DNA of 63,261 nucleotides from Thermoanaerobaculia bacterium (lineage in GTDB: Bacteria; Acidobacteriota; Thermoanaerobaculia; Multivoradales; UBA5704). Below, in pieces: positions 19,691 to 28,994 of this stretch. The stretch's first letter is position 1, and every line of letters starts with the position of its first letter. Under the pieces are notes generated by a model. That model saw only the letters and a list, made by a program, of their open reading frames with translations, searched no databases and was not told the DNA's origin. The DNA lies in assembly GCA_035949675.1 (NCBI GenBank), contig DASZHY010000090.1:1-63261 (forward strand), read 5' to 3'. A program made the position numbers and the translations under genes.

Positions 19691-19776
19691 ACGGAGGCCG
19701 CGCCGACGGCCGGTCTCGCCTCATAAGCAGCGTCGTCCCATTCATTTAGCGCCTCGCAGCCGGCGGCCGCGCAGCC

Positions 19777-19792
19777 TGGCACAGGCCGTGGA
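19777..19792 (+). promoter_or_regulatory. Weak sigma54-like promoter candidate (TGGCAC-aggcc-GTGGA)
   Basis: The -24 element TGGCAC is perfect, but the -12 element is GTGG instead of TTGC (the conserved GC is absent). It lies ~80 nt upstream of the GTG at 19860 and directly downstream of a sigma54 activator gene. Confidence 0.2.
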
Positions 19793-19859
19793 ACATGAGC
19801 CCATGCGGCCCACGCGGAGGCGGACAGCCTTCGACAGCTCGACCCAAGGAGGGAACCTG

Positions 19860-22800
19860 GTGAAGCAGTTGACGTTTGCGCTCGCGTTGCTCTTGTGTCC
19901 CACTCTCCTCGCTGCGAACAAGGCGGAGAAACCGGCGGCGCCCTCAGGCTCCCCGGCCGCCCCGTCCGACCCCTTCGCCGCCCTCAGGTTCCGCTACATC
20001 GGGCCGATAGGGAACCGGGTCTCTGCCGTGGCGGGAGTCCCGGGCGACCCCAACGTCTACTACGCGGGTGCGGCCTCCGGCGGCATCTGGAAGACGACCG
20101 ACGCCGGCGTCATCTGGCGGCCCGTCTTCGACGACCAGCCGGTTTCCTCCATCGGCGCCCTGGCCGTGGCTCCGTCCGATCCCAACGTCGTCTGGGCGGG
20201 AACGGGCGAGGCCTTCATCCGCAGCAACATCTCCCTCGGCTGGGGGATGTTCCGCTCCACCGACGCCGGCAAGACCTGGGCGCGCGCCGGGCTGGAAGCG
20301 ACGGGCCGCATCGCGCGCATCGTCGTGGACCCGCGCGATCCCGGCGTCGCCCTGGCCTGCGCGCTCGGCACCGCCTACGGACCGCAGGCCGACCGCGGCG
20401 TGTTCCGCACCGCCGACGGCGGCAAGAGCTGGACGAAGACGCTCTTCGTCGACGAGAAGACCGGCTGCTCCGACCTCGTGATGGACCCCAACAACCCCCG
20501 CGTGGTCTTCGCCGGCACCTGGCAGTTCGAGCTCCACACCTGGGGCCGCGAGAGCGGCGGGCCTGGAAGCGGCCTCTACCGCTCGGCCGACGGCGGCCTC
20601 ACCTGGAAGCAGCTCGAGGGCGACGGGCTGCCCGCCAAGCCGTGGGGCAAGGTCGGACTGGCCATGACGCGCGCCAACTCCAATCGCGTCTATGCGCTCA
20701 TCGAGGTCGGCGACGGCCAGCCCTGGAAGGGGAAGCAGACGCCGGCCGGCCGCCTCTGGCGGTCCGACGACGCCGGCGAGCACTGGGCGCTGATGACTGC
20801 CGACCGCCAGGTGGCCGGCCGCACCGCCTACTTCAACCGCATGGCGGTCGAGCCGGACGATCCGGACGAGGCCTACTTCCTGACCTTTGCCTCGGCCAGG
20901 ACCCGCGACGGCGGCAAGACGATCGTCGACCCGTCGCTCGCCGAGGAGCCGTACGGCGACTATCACGACATCTGGATCGACCCGCTCAATGGCAACCGGC
21001 TCGCCATCAGCCATGACGGCGGGGTGTCCATCAGCGTCAACCGAGGGCGCAGCTGGATCCTGGTGCAGCTGCCCATCGCGCAGATCTACCACGTGACGGT
21101 CGACGACCGGATCCCATACATGGTGTACGGCAACCGGCAGGACGGGCCGTCCACTCGCGGCCCGAGCAACAGCAAGCTGGGGTTGAATGCCGACTCGCCG
21201 CTGGACAGCGTGCTGGGCGTGAATGCCGACGAGCCGCTCATCACCCGCGGCATGTGGTCCATCGTGGGCGGCGGCGAGAGCGGCTGGGCGACGCCCGATC
21301 CACAGGATCCGGACGTCGTCTGGTCCAGCTCGTCCGGCACCGGCAGCCTGGGTGGGATCGTCACCCGGTGGGATGCGCACACCAACACCACGCGCACCCT
21401 CGAGGTCTGGCCGCGGGCGACGACCGGCTGGCCCCCTGCCGAGCTGAAATACCGTTTCAACTGGACGTTCCCGCTGACCCTCTCCCCCCACGACCACAAC
21501 CGCATCTACGTCGGCAGCCAGTACGTCCACCAGACCACCGACGGCGGCCTCACCTGGCAGGTGATCAGCCCCGACCTCACCTTGAACGACAAGACGCGCC
21601 AGCAGGTCTCGGGCGGCCTCACTCCCGACAACGTCGGCGTGGAATACGCGGGCGTCGTCTTCGCCATTGCGGAGTCGCGGCTGAAGCCGGGGCTCATCTG
21701 GGCCGGGACCAACGACGGCCAGCTGCAGCTCACCCGGGACGGCGGCAAGACCTGGACCAACCTGACCGCACACCTGCCCGGGTTGCCGCCGTGGGGACCG
21801 GTCGCCGCGATCGAGGCGTCGCGCTACGAGGCCGGCGCGGCCTACGTCGCCGTCGACCTGCACCAGGTCGACAACGGCGATCCCTTCGTGTTCAAGACCA
21901 GGGATTACGGCCGCACCTGGACGTCGATCGTGAGCGGGATCCCGCGCAGCCCGCTGTCCTATGTGCATGCCCTGCGCGAGGACCCGGCGCGGCGCGGCCT
22001 CCTGTACCTGGGCACCGAGAACGGCCTGTACGTCTCGTTCGACGACGGCGGGCGATGGCAGCCGCTGTCGGCCGGCCTGCCCCACGCGCCGGTATACGGC
22101 ATTGCCGTGCAGGAGCGCTTCGGCGACCTGGTGCTGGCCACCTACGGCCGCGGCTTCTGGATCCTCGACGACCTCACCGCGCTGCGGCATTTCGGCCGCA
22201 GCGCCACCGCGCAGCCCGGGCAGGCCGAGCTGCTCCCGCCGCGGCCGGCCTATCGCTTCCGCACCGTCGAGAGAGCGTTTACGGACTTCATCGCCGAGAT
22301 CGCGAACGACCCGGCGGCAGGCTGGAACCCGCCGGATGGCGTGCCGATCAATTACTGGCTCGCGTCCGCCGTCAAGGGCGAGAAGAACAAGCAGACCGGC
22401 GAGCAGCAAGACGAGATCGAGATCAAGATCGAGGACGCGGCCGGCAAGGTCGTGCGCACGTTCAAGGGGCCGGCCAAGGCAGGGCTCAATCGCGCCTGGT
22501 GGGACCTCGCCTGCGACAAGACGCCCGAGGCGCGGCTGCGCACCAGCCCGCTCGGCGCCAGCTACATCAAGGTCGGGGCGGAGGGGATGCGCGCGCCCGG
22601 CATCGAGCGCCTCGCGCTGCTCGCGCCGATCGGCGAGTACAAGGTCAAGCTCGAGGCCGGCGGCCGCGAGCTGTCGCAGCCGCTCACCCTCCTCAAAGAC
22701 CCCGGCGCCGGCGGCAGCGAGGCCGACCTGCGCGCGCAGGATGCGCTGGCCCGGGATCTGCTCGTGGACCTGAAGCAAGCTATCGCCGCCATCAACACGA

Positions 22801-23198
22801 TCGAGAGCGTGCGCGGTCAGCTCGCCGCGCTCCAGGTCCGGCTCGGAGACCAGGGGCCGAAAGACGTCAAGGAGGCAGCCGAGAAGCTGGACCAGAAGCT
22901 CCTCGCCGTCGAGGAGAACCTGTTCCAGGTGCGGGTCACGGGCCGTGGCCAGGACACCTTACGCTGGCCGAAGAAGGTGACCGAGCAGCTCGCGTATCTG
23001 CTGGGCAGCGTGACGGACTCCGACTACGCGCCGACGGCCGCCCAGATCGAGGTGCGGCGGCTGCTGCACGACGAGACCGCGCGCTGGCGCAAGGCGCTCG
23101 CGGACCTGCTGTCCACGGACCTGGCGCGGTTCAACGCGCTGCTTCAGGAAAAGCAGCTGGCAGGCGTGGTGGCGGGTGCAGAGGTCGCGACCCCCTAG
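19860..23198 (+). CDS. BNR/Asp-box repeat protein (sortilin/Vps10-like, 'glycosyl hydrolase BNR repeat' type), secreted
   Basis: I prefer the GTG at 19860: it has an AAGGAGG ribosome-binding site 6 nt upstream and starts a signal peptide 'VKQLTFALALLLCPTLLAA'. Repeated Asp-boxes are STDAGKTW, TADGGKSW, SADGGLTW, SDDAGEHW, TTDGGLTW, TRDGGKTW and TRDYGRTW. The N-terminal motif is 'GGIWKTTDAGVIWRPVFD'. Confidence 0.85.
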   Translation: MKQLTFALALLLCPTLLAANKAEKPAAPSGSPAAPSDPFAALRFRYIGPIGNRVSAVAGVPGDPNVYYAGAASGGIWKTTDAGVIWRPVFDDQPVSSIGALAVAPSDPNVVWAGTGEAFIRSNISLGWGMFRSTDAGKTWARAGLEATGRIARIVVDPRDPGVALACALGTAYGPQADRGVFRTADGGKSWTKTLFVDEKTGCSDLVMDPNNPRVVFAGTWQFELHTWGRESGGPGSGLYRSADGGLTWKQLEGDGLPAKPWGKVGLAMTRANSNRVYALIEVGDGQPWKGKQTPAGRLWRSDDAGEHWALMTADRQVAGRTAYFNRMAVEPDDPDEAYFLTFASARTRDGGKTIVDPSLAEEPYGDYHDIWIDPLNGNRLAISHDGGVSISVNRGRSWILVQLPIAQIYHVTVDDRIPYMVYGNRQDGPSTRGPSNSKLGLNADSPLDSVLGVNADEPLITRGMWSIVGGGESGWATPDPQDPDVVWSSSSGTGSLGGIVTRWDAHTNTTRTLEVWPRATTGWPPAELKYRFNWTFPLTLSPHDHNRIYVGSQYVHQTTDGGLTWQVISPDLTLNDKTRQQVSGGLTPDNVGVEYAGVVFAIAESRLKPGLIWAGTNDGQLQLTRDGGKTWTNLTAHLPGLPPWGPVAAIEASRYEAGAAYVAVDLHQVDNGDPFVFKTRDYGRTWTSIVSGIPRSPLSYVHALREDPARRGLLYLGTENGLYVSFDDGGRWQPLSAGLPHAPVYGIAVQERFGDLVLATYGRGFWILDDLTALRHFGRSATAQPGQAELLPPRPAYRFRTVERAFTDFIAEIANDPAAGWNPPDGVPINYWLASAVKGEKNKQTGEQQDEIEIKIEDAAGKVVRTFKGPAKAGLNRAWWDLACDKTPEARLRTSPLGASYIKVGAEGMRAPGIERLALLAPIGEYKVKLEAGGRELSQPLTLLKDPGAGGSEADLRAQDALARDLLVDLKQAIAAINTIESVRGQLAALQVRLGDQGPKDVKEAAEKLDQKLLAVEENLFQVRVTGRGQDTLRWPKKVTEQLAYLLGSVTDSDYAPTAAQIEVRRLLHDETARWRKALADLLSTDLARFNALLQEKQLAGVVAGAEVATP

Positions 23199-23220
23199 AG
23201 CCCGCCATGGGAAGGAGCCA

Positions 23221-26200
23221 ATGAGTCTTTCGGAACCGTTCATCCGCCGGCCGGTGATGACCGCGGTCTTGACCGCCGCCGTGATCCTCTTCGGCGTGAT
23301 CGCCTACCGGCAGCTCGCGGTCAACGACCTGCCGGCCGTGGATTACCCGGTCATCCAGGTGCAGGCCGACTACCCGGGCGCCAGCCCCGAGACCGTGGCC
23401 GCCAACATCGCCACCCCGCTCGAGCGGCAATTCATGCAGATCAACGGCCTCGAGCTGGTGACCTCCCAGAGCACCCAGGGCCACCTGAACATGACCCTGC
23501 AGTTCGCACTCGAAAAGAGCCTCGACGCCGCCGCCACCGACGTGCAGACGGCGATCTCTCAGGCCACCGGCAGCCTGCCGGTGGATCTGCCGTCGCCGCC
23601 GACCTATTCCAAGACCAACCCCAACGATCAGCCGCTCGTCTACATGGCGCTGACCAGCGACTCGGTGACGCCCGGCCAGCTCTACGACTACGCCACCACC
23701 CAGGTTGGCCAGCGCCTCAGCATCCTGCCCGGCGTCAGCCGCGTCAACGTGTTCGGCTCCAAGTCCGCGGTGCGCATCAAGGCCGATCCCGGGGCGATGT
23801 GGGCGCGGCAGATCTCGATCGACGACCTGGCGGCAGCGATCCGCAACGGCACCAGCACCATCGGCGCCGGCCAGCTCGACGGCGCCGCCGGCACCCTGCT
23901 GCTCCATCCGCAGGGCCAGCTCGACAGCGCCCAGGCCTACAACGACCTGATCGTCGGCAGCAAGGGCGGCGCCCCGATCTATCTCCGCGACGTCGCCGAG
24001 GCCAGGGACGGCGTCCAGGACGAGCGCTTCAACCAGTACTTCTGGCTGCGCGGCCACCCGGTTCCCTCGGCCACCGTCGTCATCGCGGTCGTCCGCCGCG
24101 CCGGGGCCAACGCCGTCGAGGTGGGCAACAGCGTCAGCGAGCTGCTGCCGGCGATCAGCGCCGAGCTCCCGGCCTCGGTGCGCTTGACGACCGTCTGGGA
24201 TTTCTCGTGGTCCATCGTCCGCGCCATCGGCGAGGTGCAGCAGACGCTGGTCATCGCCTTCGTGCTGGTCGTCGCCGTGATCTTCCTGTTCCTGGGGCGG
24301 GCGCGAGACACGCTCATCCCGGCGGCGGCCCTGCCGCTGTCGCTGCTGATCACCTTCGTGGCGATGCGGATGCTCGGCTACAGCCTCGACAACCTGTCGC
24401 TGATGGCGCTCACGCTGGCCATCGGCTTCCTGGTCGACGACGCCATCGTCTTCCTGGAGAACACGGTGCGGCGGATGGAGCGCGGGGAGCGGGCGCTCGA
24501 GGCGGCGCTGGGGAGCGCCAGGGAGATCAGCTTCACCATCGTCGCCATGACCATCTCGCTCGCCGCGGTGTTCCTGCCGATGGTCTTCATGTCCGGGCTC
24601 ATCGGCCGCATCTTCCGCGAGTTCGCCGTCACCATCGTGATCTCGATCCTCGCTTCGGGCCTGGTGTCGCTGACGCTCACGCCGCTCCTCTGCGCGCGGT
24701 TGCTGGCGCCACGCGGCGACGGCGCGGCGCGCCCCTGGATGGAGCGTGCCGTCGGCGGCTTGGAGCGGCGGGTGCTCGCCGGCTACGGCAGATCGCTCTG
24801 GTGGTTCCTGCGGCACCGCTGGGTGGCCGCGCTGACCTGGATCGTCTGCCTCGCCGGCACGGTGTGGCTGCTGGTGATCGTGCCCAAGGCCTTCCTGCCG
24901 ATCGGCGACAGCAGCGCCATTGGCGGCGTCATCATCGGCCGCGAGGGCTCCTCGCCCGCGGAGATGAAGGCGCTGCAAAGGCGAGCCAACGAGGTCCTGC
25001 GGCAGAGCCCGAACGTCTGGGCGGCCTTCTCCGTGACCGGCAACCAGTTCCTCGCCTCGAACCTGGTGCGCTTCTCCATCTTCATCGATCCGCCCAAGGG
25101 CCGGCCGCCGATCCAGCAGGTGGCGGGACAGCTCATGGGCAGGCTCGCCGCCATCCCCGGCGCCTTGCCGTTCCTGCGCCCCTACCCGGTGCTCGAGATC
25201 TCGACCGGCGCCACCAGCCAGAACCAGGGGCATTACGCCTACTCGCTGTCGGGGGTCAACCCGGCGCAGGTGTACGAGACGGCCGGCAGGCTCATGGCCA
25301 GGCTCGAGAGCTACCCCGGCTTCGCCACCCTCTCCTCGGATCATTTCGCCAACACGCCGCGGCTCGACGTCGAGCTGCGGCGGGACCAGGCGAAGATGTA
25401 CGGCGTCTCCGCGGCGCGCATCCTGGCGCTGCTGCGCAACGCCTACTCGCAGAGCTACCTCTATCTGATCAAGCAACCAGCCGACCAGTACCAGGTCATC
25501 CTGGAGGTCAAGGACGCCGAGCGCAGCAGCGCCGGCGACCTCTCGCTGCTCTACATCAAGTCCGACGACGGCAGGAACTTGGTGCCGCTACGGGCGCTGG
25601 TCACCGCCAAGACCTCGCTGGGCCCGCAGGCGGTGAACCACATCAACCAGTTCACCAGCGTCACGCTGTTCTTCAACTTGAAGCCCGGCGTGGCGATCGG
25701 CGACGCCACCGACTTCATCACCAAGACCGCCGCCGAGGTGGTGCCGCCGAGCATCCGCGCCAGCTTGCTGGGCGAGGCCCTCACCTTCCGCAGCACGGTC
25801 TCGAGCTTGACCATCCTCATGGTGCTCGCCGTGTTCGTCATGTACGTCATCCTCGCCATCCTCTACGAGAGCTACCTGCATCCCGTGACCGTGCTCTCGA
25901 CGCTGCCGACGGCGCTGGTCGGCGGCCTGCTGACGCTGATGCTGTTCGGCGGCGAGGCGTCGCTCTACGCCTACATCGGCATGTTCATGCTGATGGGGAT
26001 CGTGAAGAAGAACGGCATCATGATCGTCGACTTCGCCCGCCAGCGCGTCGCCGCCGGCGAGCCCGCCGAGCGGGCGATCCACGATGCCAGCATGGACCGC
26101 TTCCGCCCGATCCTGATGACCACCCTGGCCGCCGTCTTCGGCGCGCTGCCGATCGCGTGGGGCTACGGCGGCGACGGCGCGTCGCGCCGGCCGCTCGGGC

Positions 26201-26406
26201 TGGTCGTGGTCGGCGGCCTGGTGGTGTCGCAGCTGATCACCCTTTACGTGACGCCGGTGATCTACCTCTACCTCGAGCAGTTCCAGGAGCAGGTGCTGGA
26301 CCGCACCTCGTTTTTCCGCTCCGGCCGCACGACCGCGGGAAGCGGTCCGGGAGCGGACGGCGGCAACTGGGAGGAAATTGGCAATGTTCCCTTTGGTACC
26401 TATTGA
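23221..26406 (+). CDS. RND efflux transporter permease (AcrB/MdtB/MdtC-like)
   Basis: The N-terminus is 'MSLSEPFIRRPVMTAVLTAAVILFGVIAYRQLAVNDLPAVDYPVIQVQADYPGASPETV'. The protein has a 12-TM/two-loop architecture of ~1060 aa and the motif 'ALTLAIGFLVDDAIVFLEN'. Confidence 0.9.
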   Translation: MSLSEPFIRRPVMTAVLTAAVILFGVIAYRQLAVNDLPAVDYPVIQVQADYPGASPETVAANIATPLERQFMQINGLELVTSQSTQGHLNMTLQFALEKSLDAAATDVQTAISQATGSLPVDLPSPPTYSKTNPNDQPLVYMALTSDSVTPGQLYDYATTQVGQRLSILPGVSRVNVFGSKSAVRIKADPGAMWARQISIDDLAAAIRNGTSTIGAGQLDGAAGTLLLHPQGQLDSAQAYNDLIVGSKGGAPIYLRDVAEARDGVQDERFNQYFWLRGHPVPSATVVIAVVRRAGANAVEVGNSVSELLPAISAELPASVRLTTVWDFSWSIVRAIGEVQQTLVIAFVLVVAVIFLFLGRARDTLIPAAALPLSLLITFVAMRMLGYSLDNLSLMALTLAIGFLVDDAIVFLENTVRRMERGERALEAALGSAREISFTIVAMTISLAAVFLPMVFMSGLIGRIFREFAVTIVISILASGLVSLTLTPLLCARLLAPRGDGAARPWMERAVGGLERRVLAGYGRSLWWFLRHRWVAALTWIVCLAGTVWLLVIVPKAFLPIGDSSAIGGVIIGREGSSPAEMKALQRRANEVLRQSPNVWAAFSVTGNQFLASNLVRFSIFIDPPKGRPPIQQVAGQLMGRLAAIPGALPFLRPYPVLEISTGATSQNQGHYAYSLSGVNPAQVYETAGRLMARLESYPGFATLSSDHFANTPRLDVELRRDQAKMYGVSAARILALLRNAYSQSYLYLIKQPADQYQVILEVKDAERSSAGDLSLLYIKSDDGRNLVPLRALVTAKTSLGPQAVNHINQFTSVTLFFNLKPGVAIGDATDFITKTAAEVVPPSIRASLLGEALTFRSTVSSLTILMVLAVFVMYVILAILYESYLHPVTVLSTLPTALVGGLLTLMLFGGEASLYAYIGMFMLMGIVKKNGIMIVDFARQRVAAGEPAERAIHDASMDRFRPILMTTLAAVFGALPIAWGYGGDGASRRPLGLVVVGGLVVSQLITLYVTPVIYLYLEQFQEQVLDRTSFFRSGRTTAGSGPGADGGNWEEIGNVPFGTY

Positions 26407-26947
26407 CGAAGCGGCTCGGCTCGGCGAGGAACTCGGCATCGACCGTCCGTTGGCCACGGCGCACGTGTTTCGTGCTCTGCTGCACAGCCCAGCGGCTACA
26501 GCCGGTTTCCATGAGGGAATCCAGGCCTTGATGTTTCGCAATCAGGTCCCGGCTCGCACGCGCGAGCTGATCATCCTCCGGATTGGCTGGCGCACCGGCT
26601 CGGAGTATGTGTTTTGCCACCACGTGCGCATTGCGCGCGAGCTTGGGATACCCGAGGTGGAGATCCTGGGGGTGCGTGATCCACAGAGCTGCCACGTTTA
26701 CAGCGCGACCGATCGTGCCGTGCTTCGCCTCGCTGACGAGTTGCACGAGAGCGCTGAAGTCTCACGCTCGACCTGGGCGACGCTGGAGCAGGCCTTCGCG
26801 CACGCCGAGCTGGTGGAGATCCTGCTCAGCGCCGGCTTCTGGCGGATGGCGTGCGGTTTCGCCAAGCGCACGGAGATCCAGCTTGACGCGGGCGTTCCAG
26901 GCTGGCCGGAAGGCAGGGCGCCGGAGAACCGCGGCCGAGCTTTCTGA
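26384..26947 (+). CDS. Carboxymuconolactone decarboxylase (AhpD-like) family protein
   Basis: 'TRELIILRIGWRTGSEYVFCHHVRIARELGI' is typical of the CMD/AhpD fold. The start overlaps the RND 3' end by 23 nt. Confidence 0.7.
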   Translation: MFPLVPIDEAARLGEELGIDRPLATAHVFRALLHSPAATAGFHEGIQALMFRNQVPARTRELIILRIGWRTGSEYVFCHHVRIARELGIPEVEILGVRDPQSCHVYSATDRAVLRLADELHESAEVSRSTWATLEQAFAHAELVEILLSAGFWRMACGFAKRTEIQLDAGVPGWPEGRAPENRGRAF

Positions 26948-26968
26948 TCGCCCTGGGCGTATCCCGCG

Positions 26969-27979
26969 CTAGGCCTCGCCGGCGTAGGCAGGCTCCTCGG
27001 CCCAGAGATGCTCGACGTCCCCGAGGTGCTCCGCGACCCAGCGGTTGGAGTAGATCGTGTCGAGATAGCGCTCCCCGCGGTCAGGGAGGATCACCGCGCA
27101 GACCGCGCCGCGCTGGATCTCGGGCTGCAGCTTGGTCACGGCCATGACCACTCCGCCCGCCGAGCCGCCGGCGAGGATGGCCTCGCGCGCCACCAGGCGC
27201 CGGCAGCCGACCACGCAGTCGAGATTGCTGACGTGCACGCAGCGGTCGATCAGCGACCCGTCGAGCAGCGGCGGCTTCATCGCCGCGCCGAGGCCGGGAA
27301 CCAGGCGCGGACCCTTGACGTCGCCGAAGATCAGGCTGCCCGCGAGATCGACGGCGACGACGCGGGTCTTCATCCCACGCTCGCGCAGGTAGCTGGCGCA
27401 GCCGGCGATCGTGCCGCAGGTGCTGACGGCGACGAACAGGAAATCCATGGGGGCCGGCAGCTGGGCCACCAGCTCCTGCACGGTGGCGCGGTAGTGCGCC
27501 GCGGGATTGTGGCGGTTCTGATATTGATTGGGCCAGAACGCGCCCGGGATCGCCCGCACCAGCTCCTGGACGCGGTTCAGCCTCGCCTGCAGCAGCTCGC
27601 CGCTCTCCGGGTCGGGCTCCATGACGCACTCGATCTCGGCGCCGTAGGCGCGCAGCACCTCCACGTTCTGGCTGGTCGTCTTGGCGTCGACGACGCAGAT
27701 GAAGCGCAGGCCGTGGTAGCCGCACACCTGGGCCAGGCCGATGCCCATGTTGCCTGAGCTCGATTCGACGACCACCGCGCCCGGCCCGATCCGTCCCTCG
27801 CGCAGCGCCTGCTCGACGATCAACCGCGCCGGCCGGTCCTTGATGCTGCCGCCCGGATTGAGCATCTCGAGCTTGGCGAACACGGTGAAGCCGGCGCCGT
27901 CGAAGAGCTTGCGCAGCGGCACCACCGGCGTCTCGCCGATGACCGAGAGGATGGAGTCATGCACCTTCGCACCGGCCAC
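26969..27979 (-). CDS. SbnA-like PLP-dependent enzyme (cysteine synthase/beta-replacement family); last gene of the NRPS operon
   Basis: Motifs are 'SILSVIGETPVVPLRKLF', 'KLEMLNPGGSIKDRPA' (PLP Lys), 'ESSSGNMGIGLA' and 'VSTCGTIAG'. The GTG start overlaps the upstream stop. The tracked ORF extension to 28795 is read-through. Confidence 0.8.
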   Translation of the reverse strand: MAGAKVHDSILSVIGETPVVPLRKLFDGAGFTVFAKLEMLNPGGSIKDRPARLIVEQALREGRIGPGAVVVESSSGNMGIGLAQVCGYHGLRFICVVDAKTTSQNVEVLRAYGAEIECVMEPDPESGELLQARLNRVQELVRAIPGAFWPNQYQNRHNPAAHYRATVQELVAQLPAPMDFLFVAVSTCGTIAGCASYLRERGMKTRVVAVDLAGSLIFGDVKGPRLVPGLGAAMKPPLLDGSLIDRCVHVSNLDCVVGCRRLVAREAILAGGSAGGVVMAVTKLQPEIQRGAVCAVILPDRGERYLDTIYSNRWVAEHLGDVEHLWAEEPAYAGEA

Positions 27980-28953
27980 TAGACGTCCATCATCGACACC
28001 AGGATCTTGCGCGGCCCGCGAAACGGCATCCTGCCGTGGCAGACCAGCATGTTGTCGACGACCAGCACGTCGCCGGCCTGCCACGGGAAGCAGCGGATCT
28101 GTCCGGCAATCGTGGCGCGCACGCTCTCGAGCGTCGCGAGCGGGATCGGAGCGCCGTCGCCGAACCGGGATTGCTGGGGCAGCCGGTCTTCGCGCCCCTT
28201 GTACAGGGCCATCATGGCGTCGAAGACCGGCTTGGGATGGGTCGAGGGATGGAACTGGTCCGCCTGGTTGAACCACACCGCCTCGCCGGTCCGCGGATGG
28301 GCCGCAACCGCCGGCCTGACGTGCGACAGCCGCAGCGCGCCGTCGTCGAGCCAGCGGCAGCTGACTCCGCCTTCGCGGCAGAAGCCCTCGACCGCCGCGC
28401 GGTCCGCGGTTTCGAAGGTGGTCTGCCACGAGGGTCCCATGCCGCGCCCGCCGTGCAGGTTGCGCACGTATTCGACGCCCCGCGCGCGAAACTGCTCGAC
28501 GATCGCCGGATCCAGCCGGGCTAAGATGCGGCGGCTGTCGGCAAGCGGCGTCTCGCCGCCCGCGGCCGCCGGCGTGACGCAGCAGAACACGAGCCGCGCC
28601 GGCCAGCGCGCCGAATAGGACAGCTCGTTGTGCATGGAGATGAAGAACTCGGCAGGATACTCGGTCGAGGTGTAGATGCCGGCTCCGAGCTTGCGCCGCG
28701 GCGAGTTGCCGTCGACGTAATCCATCCGGCGGCCCGGCAGGGACCGCACCAGCTCGTCGAGGAGGTCCTCGCGATCGACGCCGAAACCGCGGCACAGCAG
28801 GGCGCCGGCGGTCAGCAGGTGCTGGTCGACCAGCCCGGCGTTCGCCGCCAGGAAGGCAGCCAGGGCCGGCGGGCCGGCAGCGGCAGCTCCCGGCGCGCGC
28901 TCGACGCGCACCGCGAGCTCGCGCTCAGGGTCCGGCAGATGAATTTCGATCAT
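27979..28953 (-). CDS. TauD/TfdA-family Fe(II)/2-oxoglutarate dioxygenase (SyrP-like putative beta-hydroxylase), copy 2
   Basis: Motifs are 'GAGIYTSTEYPAEFFISMHNELSY' (HxE) and 'PWQAGDVLVVDNMLVCHGRMPF' (distal His). It is a paralogue of the gene at 32047-33108. Confidence 0.85.
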   Translation of the reverse strand: MIEIHLPDPERELAVRVERAPGAAAAGPPALAAFLAANAGLVDQHLLTAGALLCRGFGVDREDLLDELVRSLPGRRMDYVDGNSPRRKLGAGIYTSTEYPAEFFISMHNELSYSARWPARLVFCCVTPAAAGGETPLADSRRILARLDPAIVEQFRARGVEYVRNLHGGRGMGPSWQTTFETADRAAVEGFCREGGVSCRWLDDGALRLSHVRPAVAAHPRTGEAVWFNQADQFHPSTHPKPVFDAMMALYKGREDRLPQQSRFGDGAPIPLATLESVRATIAGQIRCFPWQAGDVLVVDNMLVCHGRMPFRGPRKILVSMMDV

Positions 28954-28994
28954 CGCACGTCCTTTCGTCCGACCGCCGCCTGGCCCGGGCGCTC

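Noticed and set aside
19944-26541. ORFs 19944-22778 (minus), 21254-23224 (plus), 23131-25476 (minus), 23799-26531 (plus) and 25588-26541 (minus).
   Set aside because: These are shadow or alternate frames of the BNR and RND genes. They are low-complexity translations.
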